Shown here: positions 54,031-64,000 of the stretch, piece by piece
Numbering within the stretch: position 1 is the stretch's first letter
How the letters are laid out: each line of letters starts with the position of its first letter
Source of the DNA: Eledone cirrhosa
Lineage: Eukaryota
Length of the DNA stretch: 64,000 nt
NCBI GenBank assembly: GCA_964016885.1
Contig: OZ024744.1
Span: 40,486,001-40,550,000, forward strand
Direction: 5' to 3'
Made by a program: the position numbers and the translations under genes
Notes under the pieces: model-generated
Told to the model about the DNA's origin: nothing
Database searches by the model: none
The model's input: the letters and a program-made list of their open reading frames with translations, nothing else

Positions 54031-57000
54031 TATTTAAAAAGCCTAGCTTGACTCAAGGTAATGGTTGTTTCCATCAACCCAGCTTTATTTATAATACCTA
54101 GCTTGACTCAAGGTAATGGTAGATTCCATCATCACTGCTTTATTTACAAAGCCTAGCTTGACTCAAGGTAATGGTAGTTTCATTCAACCCAACTTTATTT
54201 ACAAAGTCTAGCTTGACTCAAGGTAATGGTAGATTCCATCAACCCAACTTTATTACAAAGCCTAGCTTGACCCAAGGTAATGGTAGTTTCCATAAACCCA
54301 GCTTTATTTACAAAGCCTAGCTTGACTCAAGGTAATGGTAGTTTCCATCAACCCAGCTTTATTTACAAAGCCTAGCTTGACTCAAGGTAATGGTAGTTTC
54401 CATCGACCCAGCTTTTTTTACAAAGCCTAACTTGACTCAAGGTAATGGTAGTTTCCATCAACTAAGCAATATTTACCATGCCTAGCTTGACTCAAGGTAA
54501 TGGTAGATTCCATCAACCCAGCTTTATTTACAAAGCCTAGCTTGACTCAAGGTAATGGTAGATTCCATCAACCCAACTTTATTTACAAAGCCTAGCTTGA
54601 CTCAAGGTAATGGTAGATTCCATCAACCCAGCTTTATTACAAAGCCTAGCTTGACTCAAGGTAATGGTAGTTTCCATCAACCCAGCTTTATTTACAAAGC
54701 ATAGCTTGACACAAGGTAATGGTAGTTTCCATCAACCCAGCTTTATTTACAATGCCTAGCTTGACCGAAGGTAATGGTAGTTTCAATCTAACCAGCTGTA
54801 TTTACAAAGTCTAGCTTGACTCAAGGTAATGGTAGTTTCCATCAACCCAGCTTTATTTACAAAGCCTAGCTTGACTCAAGGTAATGGTAGTTTCCATCAA
54901 CCCAGCTTTATTTACAAAGCCTAGCTTGACCCAAGATAATGGTAGTTTCCATCAATGCAGCTTTATTTACAAAGCCTATCTTGACTCAATGTAATGGTAG
55001 TTTCCATCAACCCAGCTTTATTTACAAAGCCTAGCTTGACTCAAGGTAATGGTAGTTTCCATCAACCCAGCTTTATTTACAAAGCCTAGCTTGACCCAAG
55101 ATAATGGTAGTTTCCATCAATGCAGCTTTATTTACAAAGCCTATCTTGACTCAATGAAATTGTAGTTTCCATCAACCCAGCTTTAGTTACAAAGCCTTAC
55201 TTGACTCAAGATAATGGTAGATTCCATCACCCCAGCTTTATTTACAAAGCATAGCTTGACTCAAGGTAATGGTAGATTCCATCAACCCAGCTCTATTTAC
55301 AAAGCCTAGCTTGACTCAAGGTAATGGTAATTTCCATCAACCCAACTTTATTTACAAAGTCTAGCTTGACTCAAGGTAAGGGTAGTTTCCACCAACCCAG
55401 CTTTATTTACAATGCCTAGCTTGACCGAAGGTAATGTTAGTTTCCATCTAACCAGCTGTATTTACAAAGTCTAGCTTGACTCAAGGTAATGGTAGTTTCC
55501 ATCAACCCAGCTTTATTTACAAAGCCTAGCTTGACTCAAGGTAATGGTAGTTTCCATCAACCCAGCTTTATTTACAAAGCCTAGCTTGACCCAAGATAAT
55601 GGTAGTTTCCATCAATGCAGCTTTACTTACAAAGCCTAGCTTGACTCAAGGTAATGGTAGTTTCCATCAACCCAGCTTTACTTACAAAGCCTAGCTTGAC
55701 TCAAGATAATGGTAGTTTCCATCAACCCAGCTTTATTTACAATGCCTAGCTTGACTCAATGTAATTGTAGTTTCCATCAACCCAGCTTTATTTACAAAGC
55801 ATAGCTTGACCCAAGGTAATGGTTGTTTCCATCAACCCAGCTTTATTTACAAAGCCTAGCTTGACTCAATGTAATGGTAGTTTCCATCAACCCAGCTTTA
55901 TTTACAATGCCTAGCTTGACCGAAGGTAATGTTAGTTTCCATCTAACCAGCTGTATTTACAAAGTCTAGCTTGACTCAAGGTAATGGTAGTTTCCATCAA
56001 CCCAGCTTTATTTACAAAGCCTAGCTTGATCCAAGGTAATGGTAGTTTCCATCAACCCAGCTTTATTCACAAAGCCTTACTTGACTCAAGGTAATGGTAG
56101 TTTCTATCAACCCAGCTTTATTTACAAAGCCTAGCTTGACCCAAGATAATGGTAGTTTCCATCAATGCAGCTTTACTTACAAAGCCTAGCTTGACTCAAG
56201 GTAATGGTAGTTTCCATCAACCCAGCTTTACTTACAAAGCCTAGCTTGACTCAAGATAATGGTAGTTTCCATCAACCCAGCTTTATTTACAATGCCTAGC
56301 TTAACTCAATGTAATTGTAGTTTCCATCAACCCAGCTTTATTTACAAAGCATAGCTTGACCCAAGGTAATGGTAGTTTCCATCAACCCAGCTTTATTTAA
56401 AAAGCCTAGCTTGACTCAAGGTAATGGTATTTACATCAACCCAGCTTTATTTACAAAGCCTAGCTTGATCCAAGGTAATGGTAGTTTCCATCAACCCAGC
56501 TTTATTTACAGAGCCTAGCTTGACACAAGGTAATGGTAGTTTCCATCAACCCAGCTTTATTTACAAAGCCTAGCTTGACTCAAGGTAATGGTAGTTACCA
56601 TCAACCGTGCTTTATTTACAAAGTCTAGCTTGACTCAAGGTAATGGTAGTTTACATCAACCCAGCTTTATTTACGATGCCTAGCTTGACTCAAGGTAATG
56701 GTAGTTTCCATTAACCCAGCTTTATTTACAAAGCCTAGCTTGACCCAAGGTAATGGTAGTTTCCATCAACCCAGCTTTATTTACAAAGCCTAGCTTGACT
56801 CAAGGTAATGGTAGTTTCCATCAACCCAGCTTTATTTACAAAGCCTAGCTTGACTCAAGGTAATGGTTGTTTCCATCAACCCAGCTTTATTTATAATACC
56901 TAGCTTGACTCAAGGTAATGGTAGTTTCCATCAACCCAACTTTATTTAGAAAGCCTAGCTTGACTCAAGGTAATGGTAGATTCCATCATCCCTGCTTTAT

Positions 57001-60000
57001 TTACAAAGCATAGCTTGACCCAAGGTAATGGTAGTTTCCATCAACCCAGCTTTATTTAAAAAGCCTAGCTTGACTCAAGGTAATGGTTGTTTCCATCAAC
57101 CCAGCTTTATTTATAATACCTAGCTTGACTCAAGGTAATGGTAGATTCCATCATCACTGCTTTATTTACAAAGCCTAGCTTGACTCAAGGTAATGGTAGT
57201 TTCATTCAACCCAACTTTATTTACAAAGTCTAGCTTGACTCAAGGTAATGGTAGATTCCATCAACCCAACTTTATTACAAAGCCTAGCTTGACCCAAGGT
57301 AATGGTAGTTTCCATAAACCCAGCTTTATTTACAAAGCCTAGCTTGACTCAAGGTAATGGTAGTTTCCATCAACCCAGCTTTATTTACAAAGCCTAGCTT
57401 GACTCAAGGTAATGGTAGTTTCCATCGACCCAGCTTTTTTTACAAAGCCTAACTTGACTCAAGGTAATGGTAGTTTCCATCAACTAAGCAATATTTACCA
57501 TGCCTAGCTTGACTCAAGGTAATGGTAGATTCCATCAACCCAGCTTTATTTACAAAGCCTAGCTTGACTCAAGGTAATGGTAGATTCCATCAACCCAACT
57601 TTATTTACAAAGCCTAGCTTGACTCAAGGTAATGGTAGATTCCATCAACCCAGCTTTATTACAAAGCCTAGCTTGACTCAAGGTAATGGTAGTTTCCATC
57701 AACCCAGCTTTATTTACAAAGCATAGCTTGACACAAGGTAATGGTAGTTTCCATCAACCCAGCTTTATTTACAATGCCTAGCTTGACCGAAGGTAATGGT
57801 AGTTTCAATCTAACCAGCTGTATTTACAAAGTCTAGCTTGACTCAAGGTAATGGTAGTTTCCATCAACCCAGCTTTATTTACAAAGCCTAGCTTGACTCA
57901 AGGTAATGGTAGTTTCCATCAACCCAGCTTTATTTACAAAGCCTAGCTTGACCCAAGATAATGGTAGTTTCCATCAATGCAGCTTTATTTACAAAGCCTA
58001 TCTTGACTCAATGTAATGGTAGTTTCCATCAACCCAGCTTTATTTACAAAGCCTAGCTTGACTCAAGGTAATGGTAGTTTCCATCAACCCAGCTTTATTT
58101 ACAAAGCCTAGCTTGACCCAAGATAATGGTAGTTTCCATCAATGCAGCTTTATTTACAAAGCCTATCTTGACTCAATGAAATTGTAGTTTCCATCAACCC
58201 AGCTTTAGTTACAAAGCCTTACTTGACTCAAGATAATGGTAGATTCCATCACCCCAGCTTTATTTACAAAGCATAGCTTGACTCAAGGTAATGGTAGATT
58301 CCATCAACCCAGCTCTATTTACAAAGCCTAGCTTGACTCAAGGTAATGGTAATTTCCATCAACCCAACTTTATTTACAAAGTCTAGCTTGACTCAAGGTA
58401 AGGGTAGTTTCCACCAACCCAGCTTTATTTACAATGCCTAGCTTGACCGAAGGTAATGTTAGTTTCCATCTAACCAGCTCTATTTACAAAGTCTAGCTTG
58501 ACTCAAGGTAATGGTAGTTTCCATCAACCCAGCTTTATTTACAAAGCCTAGCTTGACTCAAGGTAATGGTAGTTTCCATCAACCCAGCTTTATTTACAAA
58601 GCCTAGCTTGACCCAAGATAATGGTAGTTTCCATCAATGCAGCTTTACTTACAAAGCCTAGCTTGACTCAAGGTAATGGTAGTTTCCATCAACCCAGCTT
58701 TACTTACAAAGCCTAGCTTGACTCAAGATAATGGTAGTTTCCATCAACCCAGCTTTATTTACAATGCCTAGCTTGACTCAATGTAATTGTAGTTTCCATC
58801 AACCCAGCTTTATTTACAAAGCATAGCTTGACCCAAGGTAATGGTTGTTTCCATCAACCCAGCTTTATTTACAAAGCCTAGCTTGACTCAATGTAATGGT
58901 AGTTTCCATCAACCCAGCTTTATTTACAATGCCTAGCTTGACCGAAGGTAATGTTAGTTTCCATCTAACCAGCTGTATTTACAAAGTCTAGCTTGACTCA
59001 AGGTAATGGTAGTTTCCATCAACCCAGCTTTATTTACAAAGCCTAGCTTGATCCAAGGTAATGGTAGTTTCCATCAACCCAGCTTTATTCACAAAGCCTT
59101 ACTTGACTCAAGGTAATGGTAGTTTCTATCAACCCAGCTTTATTTACAAAGCCTAGCTTGACCCAAGATAATGGTAGTTTCCATCAATGCAGCTTTACTT
59201 ACAAAGCCTAGCTTGACTCAAGGTAATGGTAGTTTCCATCAACCCAGCTTTACTTACAAAGCCTAGCTTGACTCAAGATAATGGTAGTTTCCATCAACCC
59301 AGCTTTATTTACAATGCCTAGCTTAACTCAATGTAATTGTAGTTTCCATCAACCCAGCTTTATTTACAAAGCATAGCTTGACCCAAGGTAATGGTAGTTT
59401 CCATCAACCCAGCTTTATTTAAAAAGCCTAGCTTGACTCAAGGTAATGGTATTTACATCAACCCAGCTTTATTTACAAAGCCTAGCTTGATCCAAGGTAA
59501 TGGTAGTTTCCATCAACCCAGCTTTATTTACAGAGCCTAGCTTGACACAAGGTAATGGTAGTTTCCATCAACCCAGCTTTATTTACAAAGCCTAGCTTGA
59601 CTCAAGGTAATGGTAGTTACCATCAACCGTGCTTTATTTACAAAGTCTAGCTTGACTCAAGGTAATGGTAGTTTACATCAACCCAGCTTTATTTACGATG
59701 CCTAGCTTGACTCAAGGTAATGGTAGTTTCCATTAACCCAGCTTTATTTACAAAGCCTAGCTTGACCCAAGGTAATGGTAGTTTCCATCAACCCAGCTTT
59801 ATTTACAAAGCCTAGCTTGACTCAAGGTAATGGTAGTTTCCATCAACCCAGCTTTATTTACAAAGCCTAGCTTGACTCAAGGTAATGGTTGTTTCCATCA
59901 ACCCAGCTTTATTTATAATACCTAGCTTGACTCAAGGTAATGGTAGTTTCCATCAACCCAACTTTATTTAGAAAGCCTAGCTTGACTCAAGGTAATGGTA

Positions 60001-62550
60001 GATTCCATCATCCCTGCTTTATTTACAAAGCATAGCTTGACCCAAGGTAATGGTAGTTTCCATCAACCCAGCTTTATTTAAAAAGCCTAGCTTGACTCAA
60101 GGTAATGGTTGTTTCCATCAACCCAGCTTTATTTATAATACCTAGCTTGACTCAAGGTAATGGTAGATTCCATCATCACTGCTTTATTTACAAAGCCTAG
60201 CTTGACTCAAGGTAATGGTAGTTTCATTCAACCCAACTTTATTTACAAAGTCTAGCTTGACTCAAGGTAATGGTAGATTCCATCAACCCAACTTTATTAC
60301 AAAGCCTAGCTTGACCCAAGGTAATGGTAGTTTCCATAAACCCAGCTTTATTTACAAAGCCTAGCTTGACTCAAGGTAATGGTAGTTTCCATCAACCCAG
60401 CTTTATTTACAAAGCCTAGCTTGACTCAAGGTAATGGTAGTTTCCATCGACCCAGCTTTTTTTACAAAGCCTAACTTGACTCAAGGTAATGGTAGTTTCC
60501 ATCAACTAAGCAATATTTACCATGCCTAGCTTGACTCAAGGTAATGGTAGATTCCATCAACCCAGCTTTATTTACAAAGCCTAGCTTGACTCAAGGTAAT
60601 GGTAGATTCCATCAACCCAACTTTATTTACAAAGCCTAGCTTGACTCAAGGTAATGGTAGATTCCATCAACCCAGCTTTATTACAAAGCCTAGCTTGACT
60701 CAAGGTAATGGTAGTTTCCATCAACCCAGCTTTATTTACAAAGCATAGCTTGACACAAGGTAATGGTAGTTTCCATCAACCCAGCTTTATTTACAATGCC
60801 TAGCTTGACCGAAGGTAATGGTAGTTTCAATCTAACCAGCTGTATTTACAAAGTCTAGCTTGACTCAAGGTAATGGTAGTTTCCATCAACCCAGCTTTAT
60901 TTACAAAGCCTAGCTTGACTCAAGGTAATGGTAGTTTCCATCAACCCAGCTTTATTTACAAAGCCTAGCTTGACCCAAGATAATGGTAGTTTCCATCAAT
61001 GCAGCTTTATTTACAAAGCCTATCTTGACTCAATGTAATGGTAGTTTCCATCAACCCAGCTTTATTTACAAAGCCTAGCTTGACTCAAGGTAATGGTAGT
61101 TTCCATCAACCCAGCTTTATTTACAAAGCCTAGCTTGACCCAAGATAATGGTAGTTTCCATCAATGCAGCTTTATTTACAAAGCCTATCTTGACTCAATG
61201 AAATTGTAGTTTCCATCAACCCAGCTTTAGTTACAAAGCCTTACTTGACTCAAGATAATGGTAGATTCCATCACCCCAGCTTTATTTACAAAGCATAGCT
61301 TGACTCAAGGTAATGGTAGATTCCATCAACCCAGCTCTATTTACAAAGCCTAGCTTGACTCAAGGTAATGGTAATTTCCATCAACCCAACTTTATTTACA
61401 AAGTCTAGCTTGACTCAAGGTAAGGGTAGTTTCCACCAACCCAGCTTTATTTACAATGCCTAGCTTGACCGAAGGTAATGTTAGTTTCCATCTAACCAGC
61501 TCTATTTACAAAGTCTAGCTTGACTCAAGGTAATGGTAGTTTCCATCAACCCAGCTTTATTTACAAAGCCTAGCTTGACTCAAGGTAATGGTAGTTTCCA
61601 TCAACCCAGCTTTATTTACAAAGCCTAGCTTGACCCAAGATAATGGTAGTTTCCATCAATGCAGCTTTACTTACAAAGCCTAGCTTGACTCAAGGTAATG
61701 GTAGTTTCCATCAACCCAGCTTTACTTACAAAGCCTAGCTTGACTCAAGATAATGGTAGTTTCCATCAACCCAGCTTTATTTACAATGCCTAGCTTGACT
61801 CAATGTAATTGTAGTTTCCATCAACCCAGCTTTATTTACAAAGCATAGCTTGACCCAAGGTAATGGTAGTTTCCATCAACCAAGCTTTATTTACAAAGCC
61901 TAGCTTGACTCAATGTAATGGTAGTTTCCATCAACCCAGCTTTATTTACAATGCCTAGCTTGACCGAAGGTAATGTTAGTTTCCATCTAACCAGCTGTAT
62001 TTACAAAGTCTAGCTTGACTCAAGGTAATGGTAGTTTCCATCAACCCAGCTTTATTTACAAAGCCTAGCTTGATCCAAGGTAATGGTCGTTTCCATCAAC
62101 CCAGCTTTATTCACAAAGCCTTACTTGACTCAAGGTAATGGTAGTTTCTATCAACCCAGCTTTATTTACAAAGCCTAGCTTGACCCAAGATAATGGTAGT
62201 TTCCATCAATGCAGCTTTACTTACAAAGCCTAGCTTGACTCAAGGTAATGGTAGTTTCCATCAACCCAGCTTTACTTACAGAGCCTAGCTTGACTCAAGA
62301 TAATGGTAGTTTCCATCAACCCAGCTTTATTTACAATGCCTAGCTTAACTCAATGTAATTGTAGTTTCCATCAACCCAGCTTTATTTACAAAGCATAGCT
62401 TGACCCAAGGTAATGGTAGTTTCCATCAACCCAGCTTTATTTAAAAAGCCTAGCTTGACTCAAGGTAATGGTATTTACATCAACCCAGCTTTATTTACAA
62501 AGCCTAGCTTGATCCAAGGTAATGGTAGTTTCCATCAACCCAGCTTTATT
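52525..62550. repeat. Higher-order repeat, period 3022 bp (55 monomers), about 3.3 copies
   Basis: CATCGACC at 54405/57427/60449, TTCCACCAAC at 55391/58413/61435 and CTTAACTC at 53281/56303/59325/62347, all spaced 3022 bp. Confidence 0.93.
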
Positions 62551-63314
62551 TACAAAGCCTTACTTGACTCAAGGTAATGGTAGTTTCTATCAACCCAGCT
62601 TTATTTACAGAGCCTAGCTTGACACAAGGTAATGGTAGTTTCCATCAACCCAGCTTTATTTACAAAGCCTAGCTTGACTCAAGGTAATGGTAGTTTCCAT
62701 CAACCCTGCTTTATTTACAAAGCCTGGCTTGACCCAAGGTAATGGTAGTTACCATCAACCGTGCTTTATTTACAAAGTCTAGCTTGACTCAAGGTAATGG
62801 TAGTTTACATCAACCCAGCTTTATTTACGATGCCTAGCTTGACTCAAGGTAATGGTAGTTTCCATTAACCCAGCTTTATTTACAAAGCCTAGCTTGACCG
62901 AAGGTAATGGTAGTTTCCATCAACCCAGCTTTATTTACAAAGCCTAGCTTGACTCAAGGTAATGGTAGTTTCCATCAACCCAGCTTTATTTACAAAGCCT
63001 AGCTTGACTCAAGGTAATGGTTGTTTCCATCAACCCAGCTTTATTTATAATACCTAGCTTGACTCAAGGTAATGGTAGTTTCCATCAACCCAACTTTATT
63101 TAGAAAGCCTAGCTTGACTCAAGGTAATAGTAGATTCCATCATCCCTGCTTTATTTACAAAGCATAGCTTGACCCAAGGTAATGGTAGTTTCCATCAACC
63201 CAGCTTTATTTAAAAAGCCTAGCTTGACTCAAGGTAATGGTATTTAACTAGCCACCCATACTTACGTTAAGGTATTCTCAAAATAAACAATAGCAAAATC
63301 TCATAGTTTTGATG

Positions 63315-63353
63315 TTATGTGAGATAATTATATGAGATAATTATGTGAGATAA
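63315..63353. repeat. 13-bp minisatellite, 3 copies (TTATRTGAGATAA)
   Basis: TTATGTGAGATAA-TTATATGAGATAA-TTATGTGAGATAA read directly from the sequence. Confidence 0.92.
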
Positions 63354-63357
63354 AGCC

Positions 63358-63408
63358 TTTACATTACTCTATGTTTACTATACAATAGTAAATATAGAGT
63401 AATGTAAA
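63358..63408. repeat. Near-perfect inverted repeat or hairpin: 24-bp arms, 3-nt loop
   Basis: Left arm TTTACATTACTCTATGTTTACTAT (63358-63381), loop ACA, right arm ATAGTAAATATAGAGTAATGTAAA (63385-63408). 23 of 24 pairs are Watson-Crick and one is G-T. Confidence 0.95.
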
Positions 63409-63413
63409 TGGTT

Positions 63414-63535
63414 AAGGGTTAAGGGGAATGAAGGCAAAGAAACCTGAAGAAAAATGGATAGATAACATCATGGACCTGAACCCTAAGACGGAGATGGATG
63501 GAGGGAGATGGTACCATGCAGTGTCTCCATAAACC
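63414..63535 (+). mobile_element. Possible decayed 3' fragment of an RTE-like non-LTR retrotransposon ORF
   Basis: Hand translation gives ...KKPEEKWIDNIMDL... (TGG at 63455) and, in another frame, DGDGWREMV (63487-63513). This recalls the G-R-P-x-x-x-W-x-D-x-I ... D-R-x-x-W-R C-terminal signature of RTE-clade LINE proteins. It is short, frameshifted and recognised from memory only. Confidence 0.35.
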
Positions 63536-63858
63536 TGGAGAGTCACAGAATCATTAATGGTAATGGATATAGACACTCTCTCATTGGTTTGTCATAAATA
63601 TAGATATATTTTACAAGTGAGTATCAAAGGATAAATGTAAATCACTCAATACAGCAAGCCTGCAATCAAGCAGGTGGACTGTACTAGAAAGAGTTTTTTA
63701 ATGAGAGAAAAATATTCATTGTCATACAGAAAAACTAAGAAAGTACAATCAGAACCTTTAATAAGAAATATGTCAATATTGACTGGTTGCATATATGGAG
63801 TAATCAGTGAAATTGAAAAGACAGATAAGCAAACCAGGTAATCAAAATAATGAAAGCA

Positions 63859-63926
63859 GTTGTTGTTGCTATTGTTCTTGGTGTTTTTTGCTGCTTTCAT
63901 TGTTATTGTTATTGTTGTTGTCATCA
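63859..63926. repeat. Degenerate trinucleotide microsatellite (GTT/ATT/GCT)n
   Basis: GTTGTTGTTGCTATTGTTCTTGGTG...CATTGTTATTGTTATTGTTGTTGTCATCA. Confidence 0.75.
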
Positions 63927-64000
63927 ATGTTTAGTCTCAATTAGGCATTGATTGAGCCAACCTAATGTTAGTTTCAGCCATGTTTAACTCTTTTCATACC

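Larger units (their letters stand above)
1..63246. repeat. 55-bp tandem satellite DNA array, about 1150 head-to-tail monomers, open at the left window edge
   Basis: Consensus monomer seen intact at 824-878 (ACAAAGCCTAGCTTGACTCAAGGTAATGGTAGTTTCCATCAACCCAGCTTTATTT). It recurs every 55 bp (occasional 53-54 bp deletion variants) without spacers or inversions until ...AAGGTAATGGTATTTA at 63246. Copy number is 63246/55. Confidence 0.99.

Noticed and set aside
1-63246. CRISPR array or other repeat-spacer system
   Set aside because: The repeats are partly palindromic but contiguous. There are no unique spacers, variation is point substitution across the whole 55 bp, and there is no cas gene or leader.
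1-63246. Repeat-protein coding sequence within the array
   Set aside because: 55 is not a multiple of 3, and each monomer has several stops on both strands (TAG, TGA, TAA, TAG on +; TAA, TGA, TGA, TAG on -). The ORF track shows nothing here.
63248-63251. CTAG just after the array end as a Helitron 3' terminus
   Set aside because: It is a 4-bp motif also present in every monomer, it lacks a GC-rich subterminal hairpin just upstream, and it is not followed by T.
63410-63486. Telomere-like motifs (GGTTAAGGGTTAAGGGG, AACCCTAA; CAACCC in the monomer)
   Set aside because: Only one or two imperfect units, in opposite orientations, with no tandem telomeric tract.
63555-63567. TAATGGTAATGG in the flank as a degenerate satellite monomer
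   Set aside because: The match to the monomer's GGTAATGGTA is only about 8 bp, with no similarity on either side.
63646-63927. 93-aa minus-strand ORF from the ORF track
   Set aside because: Its N-terminus (TTITIT...NNSNNN) is the translated GTT/ATT microsatellite and the called start is TTG. The rest is AT-rich sequence with no recognisable domain, so it is most likely spurious.
63937-63966. Small hairpins CTCAATTA/TGATTGAG and ATTAGG/CCTAAT
   Set aside because: Stems of 6-8 bp in AT-rich DNA are expected by chance, and there is no terminator or gene context.

Overview
This window is almost entirely one head-to-tail tandem satellite array (1-63246, about 1150 copies) of a 55-bp, ~40% GC, CpG-free monomer with consensus ACAAAGCCTAGCTTGACTCAAGGTAATGGTAGTTTCCATCAACCCAGCTTTATTT. 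All copies are in one orientation and there are no unique spacers, so it is not a CRISPR array. Both strands of the monomer carry stop codons, so it is non-coding. Rare variants used as markers show nested, recent multi-kb duplications with periods of 439, 1483/1484, 2363, 2801/3021, 3022, 4006, 7142 and 7353/7408 bp, built from a shuffled set of recurrent variant-monomer cassettes. The monomer is tiled by three dyads and carries TGACTCA (AP-1/bZIP-type) and TATTTAC (forkhead-type) motifs. The array ends abruptly at 63246. The ~750-bp unique flank holds a 13-bp x3 repeat, a near-perfect 24-bp-stem hairpin, a possible decayed RTE-like LINE 3' fragment and a degenerate GTT/ATT microsatellite. 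The architecture looks eukaryotic. No protein-coding or RNA gene is supported. All offsets were read by eye from marker variants; block boundaries are approximate.
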